A DNA stretch of 64,000 nt. Source: a virus. A program made the translations under genes and the position numbers. Of the stretch, positions 26,847-35,795 are shown one piece after another. The stretch is from IMG/VR virus record IMGVR_UViG_3300025913_000025, positions 43,420 to 107,419 of that record; one strand, given 5' to 3'. Position 1 is the stretch's first letter. Each line of letters starts with the position of its first letter. Under the pieces are notes generated by a model that was not told the origin of the DNA, did not search any database, and saw nothing but the letters and a program-made list of their open reading frames with translations.

Positions 26847-27434
26847 ATGGACGATCGCGCCGAAAGCATTAGGGTGATGTATCCACTCTTCCAGGTGGAG
26901 GAAGGCGGTCCAACTCCGACCTCGGCGCTTACGGCAAAGTCTCTTCGGATCGAAGGTATCCCGTTCACCTTGGCGAAGGAACTGAACCGGAAATGGCATT
27001 CGCGACTTCCTCGCATGGGTACGGGCTTTATCAAAACACAACCATTTCCCTGCTTTGCGGCAACAGACAAAGGGGGAAGGATTTACGCAGTAGCAATCTG
27101 GTCGAATCCCGTTGCGAGGAATCTTCCGCAAGACAACTGGCTCGAACTGAGACGGCTGGCGGCTTCTCCCGAGGCACCAAAGAATACATGCAGCCGAATG
27201 CTTCGCGTGATGGCAATCCTCTTGAAAAAGCAACGCCCCTGGCTTGTGCGTTTGGTCAGCTACCAAGATGTCGACGTTCATTCAGGATCGATCTATCGCG
27301 CGGCGGGATGGGAGCGGACGACGATCAGTCAACCGGGCGACGAGTGGGACAGGCCGGGACGAGCGCGCCCCAAGGCTCAATCGGCGAGTTCTAAACAACG
27401 ATGGGAGAAGGACATTCAGAGCGGAGCGAACTAG
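26847..27434 (+). CDS. Mom/XF1762-like GNAT-fold DNA modification protein
   Basis: WHSRLP...AVAIWSNPVARNL...LELRRLA...PKNTCSRML...LVSYQD...H.GSIYRAAGW. Confidence 0.75.
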   Translation: MDDRAESIRVMYPLFQVEEGGPTPTSALTAKSLRIEGIPFTLAKELNRKWHSRLPRMGTGFIKTQPFPCFAATDKGGRIYAVAIWSNPVARNLPQDNWLELRRLAASPEAPKNTCSRMLRVMAILLKKQRPWLVRLVSYQDVDVHSGSIYRAAGWERTTISQPGDEWDRPGRARPKAQSASSKQRWEKDIQSGAN

Positions 27435-27812
27435 ATGACCGAGACGGTCGGATTCATCGATTCCGTTTGCAAGAAGTGCGGGAAGCGGATCGGCTGGCAT
27501 GGTCGTGTGGTCGACATGCCTTGCTGTCCCCGTTGCGGAGCGAAGCCGGACGCGGCGGCGCTCGAGCACGACCAGGCCGAAGTGGACAGTTTTCGCGAAC
27601 TGCTCCGGGAGATGAAGGAGCGAGTTCCGGGCTGGAGTCAATGGCGGCGGGCGCGCGTCGCGGCGGGACTCACGCTTCGCCAGGCGGCGAGGATCCTCGA
27701 CGTGACTCCGACGTTGCTTTCGCTGATCGAACAGGCTGAGGCGAGCCCGTTGCCATCGCTGGTTGGCCGAATGGGAGCGTGCTACAGCGGGGAAAAGATG
27801 GAGCGGACATGA
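27435..27812 (+). CDS. Zn ribbon plus XRE-type HTH protein
   Basis: CKKC..CPRC; RRARVAAGLTLRQAARILDVTPTLLSLIE. Confidence 0.75.
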   Translation: MTETVGFIDSVCKKCGKRIGWHGRVVDMPCCPRCGAKPDAAALEHDQAEVDSFRELLREMKERVPGWSQWRRARVAAGLTLRQAARILDVTPTLLSLIEQAEASPLPSLVGRMGACYSGEKMERT

Positions 27813-27863
27813 GTGGGATTGCGGCGAGCGTGGCAACGTTTTAACTGAATAAAGGAGCGATCG

Positions 27864-28130
27864 ATGATTGATTACGAAAGCGTTCAAAGAGGGGATATTC
27901 TCCGCATCGTCGGTGCGGGCGCGCCTGGTTACGCGGAGAAGGGCGATCTTGTTCGCGTCATCGAGGTCTCGCGCAACTCCGTAACAATCGAGGACAAGCA
28001 CGGAAAGCCGTGCGATTTTCTCTACAACTGTGGGGCGGCGAGGCTTGAGCCGACCGAGTGGAAGAACGATTTTCCCGCCCCTGACCCCGCCACCGTCCCC
28101 GTCACCGACGACGATGGGGAGGCCGACTGA
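27864..28130 (+). CDS. Hypothetical protein
   Basis: AAGGAG RBS. Confidence 0.65.
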   Translation: MIDYESVQRGDILRIVGAGAPGYAEKGDLVRVIEVSRNSVTIEDKHGKPCDFLYNCGAARLEPTEWKNDFPAPDPATVPVTDDDGEAD

Positions 28131-28417
28131 TGCTCCGCGCATTCTGGCGAGCCGTGGCTCTGTTCGCCTATCGCCGGTGGGCTAAGGGCGAACCATGTAA
28201 GCCGTGGGGCGTCCCGGGCAATCGTGATCCCGATAATCCCTGCCTTGTCTACGCGCCCCGCAAGCGGCAATGGAACGATTTCGTGGACTGCCAGGGAGAT
28301 GGTCATGCGCTCTGCAAGGAATGTTGCCACCTGGATCGTAGGCCCGAGCCGGATGGTCCACCGAGTCACGAAGAGATTCGCAAATTCGTTCGCGGTGTTG
28401 GAGGGCGGCCGTTATGA
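28130..28417 (+). CDS. Hypothetical Cys-rich protein
   Basis: Coupled; CQGDGHALCKEC. Confidence 0.6.
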   Translation: MLRAFWRAVALFAYRRWAKGEPCKPWGVPGNRDPDNPCLVYAPRKRQWNDFVDCQGDGHALCKECCHLDRRPEPDGPPSHEEIRKFVRGVGGRPL

Positions 28418-29226
28418 CGACTGAACTGAGCATCCTCGGGCGCGCCGGTGATATCAAGCTAACCTGGGACAAGGATGATCCTGAGTCGGTCGCGAAGGCA
28501 CGCGCGGAAATCGCGCGACTCAAGCAAGCCGGCTATATGTTCTACATCGTGGACGGTTCGCCGGCCGATGAGATTGCTGCTGGCAACGGCGAACTCACGG
28601 CGCGATTTGCGAGTGAGGCCGAACTGGTCGCCGCCAGATCTGAGCTTGCGAAGCTTAGGCAGTCCTACGAAGCGGCCAATATTCGCGCCGCCAACCTTCA
28701 GGACCCAGACATCGACGCGATCGACCAGCAGCTCGCCGAACTCGAGACGGTCAACCGTCGGGTGCGAGCAAAGAGCGACCGGGCCGCTTTGGTGGCCAAG
28801 ATCCGCGCCGACCGCAAAACGGCCGATTCACTCACGACTCAGCTCGACGTTATCGACGCCGACCGAACACGCCGGCTCGAGGAAGCTTCGGCCAAGCTTC
28901 CCGTCCCCGGCCTGAGCCTCGACGGCGACACGGTGACGCTCAACGGCGTTCCGCTCGTGCAAGCCTCAACCGCCGAGCAGATCCGGACCGGCCTGGCAAT
29001 CAGCGCGGCGCTCAACCCCAAGCTCCGTGTGGCCCTGATCCGCGACGGCTCCCTCATCGACGAGCAAGGACTCAAGGCCATTCAGGCATGGGCCGAGGCT
29101 AACGACACCCAGGTTTTCCTCGAGCGAGTCTCGGCCGGCGCTCCCGTCGGCGTCGTCATCGAGGACGGCGAGGTCAGCGAGATCGCCGCGCCGGCCAAGC
29201 CGGAATTGGCAGCGGCGGGGCGATGA
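28414..29226 (+). CDS. Chimeric protein carrying only the C-terminal half of a phage SMC/AAA-like ATPase
   Basis: NGVPLVQASTAEQ...NPKLRVALIRDGSLID...QVFLERV; no Walker A. Confidence 0.65.
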   Translation: MTTELSILGRAGDIKLTWDKDDPESVAKARAEIARLKQAGYMFYIVDGSPADEIAAGNGELTARFASEAELVAARSELAKLRQSYEAANIRAANLQDPDIDAIDQQLAELETVNRRVRAKSDRAALVAKIRADRKTADSLTTQLDVIDADRTRRLEEASAKLPVPGLSLDGDTVTLNGVPLVQASTAEQIRTGLAISAALNPKLRVALIRDGSLIDEQGLKAIQAWAEANDTQVFLERVSAGAPVGVVIEDGEVSEIAAPAKPELAAAGR

Positions 29227-29411
29227 GCCCCACGCAAACGGAGGGTCGTATGTCTCTGACACCCCAGATCGACACCGCCCACACCGGCCGCTTTGACCAC
29301 CTTCGCTGCGGGACCTGCGGACGGCCCTGGGACGAGCACACGGCGGATTGCACGCGGCATCAGTTCAGGCCGACGGAGAAGGCACCAGAGAAGGAGACAC
29401 CCAAATCATGA
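29223..29411 (+). CDS. Small hypothetical protein
   Basis: ATGA overlaps at both ends; CGTC..H..C. Confidence 0.5.
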   Translation: MSPTQTEGRMSLTPQIDTAHTGRFDHLRCGTCGRPWDEHTADCTRHQFRPTEKAPEKETPKS

Positions 29412-29662
29412 GCACCTGGCGAGACAAGGCCCGGCCAGTCATCACTCAGGCAATCGCCGATGGTCGGGCTCTGGGCCTCGATGGGCCGGCGCTAAATCGA
29501 TTCATCTCGGGTCGTTACCCGTTCGGTAAGCACGAGTGCCACCCGTACAAAATATGGCTCGACGAAGTGCGGGCCCAGCTCAAGGAGGAAGCCAGACGCG
29601 CAGCCTGGGATAAGGCGATCAAAGAGTCGCAGGCAATCAGTATGGAGACCGCCACATCATGA
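29408..29662 (+). CDS. Hypothetical phage protein
   Basis: YPFG...HPYKIWLDEV recurrent phage motif. Confidence 0.7.
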   Translation: MSTWRDKARPVITQAIADGRALGLDGPALNRFISGRYPFGKHECHPYKIWLDEVRAQLKEEARRAAWDKAIKESQAISMETATS

Positions 29663-30165
29663 GCGCCGTTACCAAGCCGGACTTGATCCGCTCCGAGTGC
29701 GGGCGGTATCTCACCGAGCGGAGCGTGGCCATCAACGAGTGGCGAGCGATCTACGCCGCCGATGGGACGCTCTTGGGCAAGACGACGTATTGGAGCAGCC
29801 GCTACACCGACTCCCGGATCGGCTTCGAATGCGGATTCGGGAAGCTCTCTGTCAATTTCTCCTATCCGCGATACCCGAAATGGTTCCGGCGCCGATGGGT
29901 CTTGTGTTTCGACCTGTCAATCGAGGATCTTTCCGCGCTGGTCGAGAGATTGGGCTGCAAGGTGATCGTCGGGTTCAAGGTCGGGATGACAGTGTGGTCG
30001 TCCATCGGATTTCGCGCGACATCGAAGCAGCTCCGCGCGGTCGATGCCGAACTGAATCGGCTGGGCGTGAAATGGAACGGACCACCAGCTAGGGGCGGTC
30101 AATGGGAGATCGAGTGTCCGCGAAATGCCAAGAGTAAAGGGGCGATGGAGACCGAGGCATCATGA
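29659..30165 (+). CDS. Hypothetical protein
   Basis: ATGA-coupled. Confidence 0.6.
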   Translation: MSAVTKPDLIRSECGRYLTERSVAINEWRAIYAADGTLLGKTTYWSSRYTDSRIGFECGFGKLSVNFSYPRYPKWFRRRWVLCFDLSIEDLSALVERLGCKVIVGFKVGMTVWSSIGFRATSKQLRAVDAELNRLGVKWNGPPARGGQWEIECPRNAKSKGAMETEAS

Positions 30166-30653
30166 ACATCGCCTCCCGCGAGCACGCCGTCGCCCTGGGC
30201 CTCGCCGACGTGTGGGACCGCGAGATGAGTGGGCGCGGCCAAATTCCGGAATTTCGGAATTTCGGAATTTCGAGCGGCGCGGCCCAGCGCGGGGGGCGGC
30301 GCCCAACCGTCAAGAACGAGCTTGGGCAGAACAAGACCGAGGCTCGCTACGACGGCCACCTGGCGGAGCTGAAGGCGCAAGGGCGGATCTCTGACTATGG
30401 GTTCGAGGCGTTTAACTGGCGACTCGCGGGGCGGACCTGGCTGCGGATCGACTTTGCGGTCTGGTTGCCGGATGGCAAGCTGATCGCAATAGATGTCAAA
30501 GGTTTTATGGAAGAAGATGCTGCGGTCAAGGTCAAGATCTTGGCCGAGATCCGCCCCCGGCTGCCGGTCTATCTCGTGAGCTACCAGCGTGGCGCCTGGA
30601 CGTACCGCGTGTGCGGTCGGGGCGGGATCGTGGCGAGCGTGGCACCGTTTTAA
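30162..30653 (+). CDS. PD-(D/E)XK endonuclease (DUF1064-like)
   Basis: NKTEARY...IDFAV...IDVKGFMEEDA.VK.K. Confidence 0.75.
   Translation: MNIASREHAVALGLADVWDREMSGRGQIPEFRNFGISSGAAQRGGRRPTVKNELGQNKTEARYDGHLAELKAQGRISDYGFEAFNWRLAGRTWLRIDFAVWLPDGKLIAIDVKGFMEEDAAVKVKILAEIRPRLPVYLVSYQRGAWTYRVCGRGGIVASVAPF
30241..30270. repeat. Three tandem CGGAATTT units overlapping a 14-bp palindrome
   Basis: AAATTC-CGGAATTT-CGGAATTT-CGGAATTT. Confidence 0.85.
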
Positions 30654-30668
30654 AGGGAGGGGGAGAAC

Positions 30669-30989
30669 GTGGAAGAGATTCACGAAGGCCATTCATTGCT
30701 GGTTGTTGTTTCCGCAAACGAGTGGATCGGTTGCGAGATTATCGGATCCACACTGGATAGCTCCGGCGATATCCCATTGAGCGTCTCTGACCTGGCTGAA
30801 GACGTGTTGCCTTCCGGCATGGATCCGGGACTCTATGTCTGGACTGGACGAATCAGCATTTTTCCTCTCGCCCAGCGTTTCGACGGCAAGCTGCGCCCCG
30901 CCAGAATCGACGACCTCGCCTACTTCGGGATGCGCGGCTTGGACCCCGTCCCCGCCACCGTCACCGACGACGACGGGGAGGCGGACTGA
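30669..30989 (+). CDS. Hypothetical protein
   Basis: GGAG RBS; shares its 3' end with 27864..28130. Confidence 0.6.
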   Translation: MEEIHEGHSLLVVVSANEWIGCEIIGSTLDSSGDIPLSVSDLAEDVLPSGMDPGLYVWTGRISIFPLAQRFDGKLRPARIDDLAYFGMRGLDPVPATVTDDDGEAD

Positions 30990-31105
30990 GGACGGCTGCG
31001 AGGGCGAAGGCCAGGCCGGCTCACCACCGGTCCTCAGGGTCAGTTCCGGGGCGCTCTCCTGGAGATTTCTGCGCAAGGATTCCACAACGGAAAGGATGTG
31101 CAACA

Positions 31106-31300
31106 GTGCTGGTCCTGAGCCGAAAACTGAACGAACGCATCATCATCAACGGCAACATCGCCGTCGCCGTGGTCGAGATCCGGGGCGACAAAGTGCGTCT
31201 GGGGATCGAGGCGGACAAGGCAATTTCCATTCATAGAGAGGAGGTGTTCAACAGGATTAACGCAGCCAAAACCGGGGAATCCCAAGGAGAAAACAGTTGA
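31106..31300 (+). CDS. csrA: Carbon storage regulator CsrA
   Basis: MLVLSRKLNERIIINGNIAVAVVEIRGDKVRLGIEADKAISIHREEV. Confidence 0.95.
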   Translation: MLVLSRKLNERIIINGNIAVAVVEIRGDKVRLGIEADKAISIHREEVFNRINAAKTGESQGENS

Positions 31301-31401
31301 TTGGCGACATTCATCCGAATACGGTAAGACGAGTCGAAGGCGTGCTGGAAACACAGCCTCCGACCCTAACCACAATCGACACCTGTTGCGAGGTGCAAGT
31401 C

Positions 31402-32058
31402 ATGGCTGCGCGGAATCGTACCGCTTCCACGTTCTACGTCAACCCGAACGATCCAGCCACCTGGTTGAAGCCAGGCGAGCCACTGTTTGCTGGAGGGTTT
31501 GACTGGTCGTGGTGTTACGTCGTCTATCGCGCGGTGCCCGGTCATCCGGGTTATTGCATTGGCACGAATGGTTCGCTTTGGACGTGTCGGGCATACAGGG
31601 GGCTGGGCTACGGCAAGGGAACCGAATCCTACCTGTCTGCGAACTGGAAGAGGAAACATCCATTTATTGACAGGGACGGATACGAGGTCGCCAGTCTCTC
31701 GGATGGACCGCGCTCACAAAGCATGAGAATTCACGCTCTCGTTTTGAGCGTTTTTGTCGGGCCGCGAAAGCCCGGCCAAGTGTGCCGGCATCTGAACGGA
31801 GTCAGATCGTGCAATCGCCTTAGTAATCTTGCGTGGGGGACACCATTGGAAAACTGCCAAGATCGAGAATCCCACCAACATACAGCACGAGGCGAAAAGT
31901 CCGGCCAAGCCAAACTTACTCGACAAGACGTGATCGAGATTCGGCGGCTCAGGACCGAATCAAAGTGGACGTTTATGAGGATCGCGAAATTCAAAGGTAT
32001 CAGCAAGCGGCAAGCTATGAGGGTTTATTACAGGCAATCGTGGAATCACGTTGCATGA
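31402..32058 (+). CDS. HNH homing endonuclease (NUMOD4-HNH-HTH type)
   Basis: IHALVLSVFVGPR...CRHLNG...NRLSNLAWGTPLEN...AKLT...IEIR. Confidence 0.9.
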   Translation: MAARNRTASTFYVNPNDPATWLKPGEPLFAGGFDWSWCYVVYRAVPGHPGYCIGTNGSLWTCRAYRGLGYGKGTESYLSANWKRKHPFIDRDGYEVASLSDGPRSQSMRIHALVLSVFVGPRKPGQVCRHLNGVRSCNRLSNLAWGTPLENCQDRESHQHTARGEKSGQAKLTRQDVIEIRRLRTESKWTFMRIAKFKGISKRQAMRVYYRQSWNHVA

Positions 32059-32107
32059 TCACCATCAACCGCGAGCAGCGGGCCCAGGACGCGAAAGGGG
32101 GTGGGGC

Positions 32108-32446
32108 TTGAGCGAGCATACACCGGGACCTTGGGTCGTTGATGCAACCAAGGCAACCGGACCCTACAGCGTCCTGACCCAATCCGAAGCGATTCCGCAA
32201 AAGGATTGCATTGTCTGTTCATTCGGCGAATCCCGACGACGCGGAGACCGGGCGCGACTCGAAGCGGACGCTCGTCTGATCGCCGCCGCGCCGGACTTGC
32301 TGACGGCTGCAATCAAGGTGCTTACTTCCGATCTCGGATCGGTTTTACATCTGGATTCATGTGGTCGAGCGATCGGCATTGAATGCGACTGCGGAATCGA
32401 AGACTTGGAACGAGCGGTCTTCAAGGCCACCGGCAATCCCAAATAG
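32108..32446 (+). CDS. Hypothetical phage protein
   Basis: HTPGPW...ADARLIAAAPDLL family. Confidence 0.8.
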   Translation: MSEHTPGPWVVDATKATGPYSVLTQSEAIPQKDCIVCSFGESRRRGDRARLEADARLIAAAPDLLTAAIKVLTSDLGSVLHLDSCGRAIGIECDCGIEDLERAVFKATGNPK

Positions 32447-32460
32447 CGGAGACTGTTGAC

Positions 32461-32766
32461 ATGCGCGGCGTGAACACCAGGCCCCATCCGAAGCGGTACG
32501 ATCGGCGTCGGCACGGCTTCCGGCTGACGTGTCGGCATTGCTTCGCGGACAACGTGGATTCGATCCCTGAAGCCAAAGCTCAAGGATGGGACGTTCACGG
32601 TCTGATCAGCGATTTCCGCGATGCGCCGTGGACACACATTGGTATCTGCCCGGATGCTGGATGCCGCGCAGAAGAAGACGGGACGGCAGCGGATACGAGG
32701 CGTGAAGTGAGCGCGCGGGAACGGGCGAAAACGCTGAGCTTTGCTCGGATTGACCAGGCAGATTAA
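32461..32766 (+). CDS. Hypothetical Zn-finger protein
   Basis: CRHC...THIGICPD. Confidence 0.55.
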   Translation: MRGVNTRPHPKRYDRRRHGFRLTCRHCFADNVDSIPEAKAQGWDVHGLISDFRDAPWTHIGICPDAGCRAEEDGTAADTRREVSARERAKTLSFARIDQAD

Positions 32767-32793
32767 CCACACAGAACGAACAAAGGAGAAGCC

Positions 32794-33714
32794 TTGACCA
32801 TCCTTGCCGACTTCATTACTTCCGTCACAGCGACCGCGTTTCGCGGATCCAACACCGAGCAGTCCGACGCGGTGAAGGCGACCGAGAAAGCCTTTCGCGT
32901 TCATCTCGACCGCTCGTTCTGGGACCGCTACCTCGGCGCGCGTCCCCAGGTCGATCGACCCCCGGTCGGCTCGTTCGCAATGCCGCGCGAGGCCGCCGAT
33001 GAGTTCCGGGCGATCGTCCACGCGAATTCGTTCCTGGCCTGCCGGACCACGCAAGTTAACATTCGCGGCCCGCGGGATGCCGTCGAGACGATCATTGACG
33101 TGACAGGAGCACGCCGGCTGCACATGAAGCCAACGCCATTCATGGGCTTCGCACGGGCGCCGATCGCGGACTTCAAAAAGGAACCGGGCGAGGCACCGCT
33201 CCGGCTCGTGAGGAATGTCGCACGGGCGTTCGGTCAGTTTCTCGATCAGGGCTTTATCGCGGGCACCGGCGACAGGCAGCCGCTCGGAATCATCAACTCC
33301 GCGGCGGCGATCACGGTTCCCCGCGCCTTGAAACATCAGGATGCGGTCGGCACGATCCGGGATGCGTTCTCGCTCTACAAGGAGCCAGACAATTCGTGTC
33401 TCTGGCTGGCGTCGAGCTCGATCAAGTTCTGGGATCTGCTGTTACTCTTCGGCGACATCCCGTACGCCTTTACGGATCTGATGCCGACACTCCTGGCCGC
33501 GAACTGCCTGATGCTCGTCGATCCGCGCGAGTACCTCTCCGCCGTGCGATGGGACCTGGTTGACGTTGCGGCGGCCGTCTCGAATGGCATCGATGTCTCG
33601 CTGATGTTTTCGTTCTACGCCACGGGTGCGCCGCGCTGGGCTGCGCCGAAGGTTCATGAGAATGGCGAACTGTACGTGTCGCCGTTCGTCGGGCTGGCGG
33701 CGGAGGCGATGTGA
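32794..33714 (+). CDS. Diverged HK97-fold major capsid protein-like protein
   Basis: LDQGFIAGTGDRQPLGIINS, PYAFTDLMPTL...LMLVDPREY, GAPRW...NG...VSPFVGLA; AAGGAG RBS. Confidence 0.7.
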   Translation: MTILADFITSVTATAFRGSNTEQSDAVKATEKAFRVHLDRSFWDRYLGARPQVDRPPVGSFAMPREAADEFRAIVHANSFLACRTTQVNIRGPRDAVETIIDVTGARRLHMKPTPFMGFARAPIADFKKEPGEAPLRLVRNVARAFGQFLDQGFIAGTGDRQPLGIINSAAAITVPRALKHQDAVGTIRDAFSLYKEPDNSCLWLASSSIKFWDLLLLFGDIPYAFTDLMPTLLAANCLMLVDPREYLSAVRWDLVDVAAAVSNGIDVSLMFSFYATGAPRWAAPKVHENGELYVSPFVGLAAEAM

Positions 33715-34475
33715 AAGACCTGGCTGATCAAAGCTTCCTGTTTGCCGGCCGCCTACTTGTCTGGTTCTCATGCGGGGCCGCATCGGCGGTTGCTGCGAAA
33801 CTAGCCGTCGAGCAATACGCCGATCAGTATCCTATCGAGGTCTGCTATTGCGACACGCTCGCGCACGAGCATCCCGACAACAGGCGATTCCTCAAGGACG
33901 TAAGCGATTGGATTGGCCAGGAGATCAAGATCCTCAAGAGCCATCGGTACGACACAATTTACGATGTCTTCCGCGGCGAGCGGTATCTGAATGGCCCGAA
34001 CGGCGCCCCCTGTACCCGAGCGCTCAAGCGAGTGCCTCGGGAACGATATCAAGATCCGTGGGATTACCACGTCTTCGGCTACACGATGGAAGAGGCAAAG
34101 AGGATCAACGACTTCGAGTCGGACAATCCTAGCCTCCAAACGATCTGGATTCTCCGCGACAACAAGATCGGCAAATCGGAATGTTACCGAAGGCTTCGTC
34201 AGGCAGGAATTGAACTGCCGACGATGTATAAGCTTGGTTACAAGAACAACAATTGCATCGGTTGCGTGAAGGGGGGGGCTGGATACTGGAACAAAATCCG
34301 CCGCGATTTCCCTGAGTATTTCTGGCGAATGGCGGCACTGGAGCGCGAGTTAGGATTCTGTTTGTTGCGGATCAAAGGCGAACCGGTTTACCTGGACGAA
34401 CTCGATCCCGAGGCCGGGCATTTTGACGAAGAACCCGATATTGAATGCGGCCCGCAATGCGTAAGCCGGGTTTAA
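33711..34475 (+). CDS. PAPS reductase-family (PP-loop) protein
   Basis: VWFSCGAASAVA, EHPDNRRF, CTRALK, NNNCIGCVKGG.GYW. Confidence 0.85.
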   Translation: MKDLADQSFLFAGRLLVWFSCGAASAVAAKLAVEQYADQYPIEVCYCDTLAHEHPDNRRFLKDVSDWIGQEIKILKSHRYDTIYDVFRGERYLNGPNGAPCTRALKRVPRERYQDPWDYHVFGYTMEEAKRINDFESDNPSLQTIWILRDNKIGKSECYRRLRQAGIELPTMYKLGYKNNNCIGCVKGGAGYWNKIRRDFPEYFWRMAALERELGFCLLRIKGEPVYLDELDPEAGHFDEEPDIECGPQCVSRV

Positions 34476-34491
34476 ATCAAGAGGTCTGAGT

Positions 34492-35499
34492 ATGGCCGAG
34501 AATCTCGATGATGAACTATCCCGACTGATTGCAAACGTCGATATTTCGACGCCCGAACGACTCGCGAGATTCGAGAAGTGGCGAAACGAAGACGGATCGC
34601 GGCAAGGTTTGCAAGGCTTGCGCAAACGGTCTTCTCAGTCGGCCCCGCGATCGGTTGTCGAAGCCATCGACCAGGCGAAGCGAATCCTCGACGACGCAAT
34701 CGCCGAGTTCGAGCCCGTTGCGATCTACGCTGGATTTAGCGGAGGATTCGATTCGCTCGTCTCGACGCACTTCGCGATCCAGCACAGTCCATCGATCCGG
34801 CCACTCCACATAAACACGGGCATTGGAATCGAACGGACGCGCGAGTATGTGCGTTCGACATGCGGGGAATTCGGATGGTCGCTGCGGGAAGAAAGAACGA
34901 CGGAGAACTATGAGAAGCTCGTCCTCGAGCAAGGATTCCCGGGACCGCCGCATCACGGGAAGATGTACAACCGGCTCAAGGAACGACCGATTCGACGCGT
35001 GGTCGCTGAAGCCAAAACTGGTTGCTCGCGCACCGATACCGTGATGATCATCACCGGGATTCGGGCGGACGAATCGAAAATCAGGACTGGATACAAGCGG
35101 ACAACCTCGAAGGTCGGCTCGCAAGTCTGGGTGAATCCGCTCTACTGGTCGAGTATCGACGTGTTCCGCGAGTACCGGGAAACCCACAAGCTCCAGGCAA
35201 ACCCGGTCTCCGCGAAACTGGGATTCTCCGGCGAATGCCTTTGCGGTGCGAATGCAGAGATCGGGGAACTCGATCGCATCGAGTTCGTGTGTCCCCAAAC
35301 CGGGGCGTATCTCAGAGACCTGGAACGTCGTGTACGTGAAGCCGGGTTTCCGTGGGGATACGAAGGACGGCCACCGGAATGGTGGCTCGATAAGAAGCGA
35401 GGACAAGGATTGCTTGGGGACTGGTTTGAAGACGAGGAAGACAAGGCGTGCGTCCCTGGCCCGATGTGTAACTCTTGCGAGAAAATCAGGTCCGAATGA
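34492..35499 (+). CDS. PAPS reductase-family (PP-loop) protein
   Basis: FSGGFDS, NTGIG, GFPGP, GIRADES.R, SGECLCGA. Confidence 0.88.
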   Translation: MAENLDDELSRLIANVDISTPERLARFEKWRNEDGSRQGLQGLRKRSSQSAPRSVVEAIDQAKRILDDAIAEFEPVAIYAGFSGGFDSLVSTHFAIQHSPSIRPLHINTGIGIERTREYVRSTCGEFGWSLREERTTENYEKLVLEQGFPGPPHHGKMYNRLKERPIRRVVAEAKTGCSRTDTVMIITGIRADESKIRTGYKRTTSKVGSQVWVNPLYWSSIDVFREYRETHKLQANPVSAKLGFSGECLCGANAEIGELDRIEFVCPQTGAYLRDLERRVREAGFPWGYEGRPPEWWLDKKRGQGLLGDWFEDEEDKACVPGPMCNSCEKIRSE

Positions 35500-35714
35500 G
35501 CAACGAGATCACCCCGCTCGATCCCGAGCTGTTTCCCGAATCCCGACCGACCGCAGGCACTTCCTACAAGGTGCTCGCCGATCCCTCGAAGGGCCGCGTG
35601 TTCGTCCAGTTCTCTGACCCGATCCCAGGCATGGTTTTGACTTACGAACAGGCGATGGCCATGTCCGACGCGCTCACGAAGCAGGCATTTGCGCTCCGTG
35701 GAATCAGTTCTTAG
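35496..35714 (+). CDS. Hypothetical protein
   Basis: ATGA-coupled. Confidence 0.55.
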   Translation: MSNEITPLDPELFPESRPTAGTSYKVLADPSKGRVFVQFSDPIPGMVLTYEQAMAMSDALTKQAFALRGISS

Positions 35715-35795
35715 AAATTTCCTCGCGTGCATCTTGTCACACCGCGAGAACTTGTTAGTATTCGTTTGCGGCAAACGAGAAAGCGGAACAGAACG

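Noticed and set aside
27282-28142. Long antisense ORFs (also 32164..33336, 34516..35406, 35142..36188, 42004..42927, 44910..46136, 59326..60276)
   Set aside because: Shadow frames of well-supported genes in GC-rich DNA; no motifs or RBS
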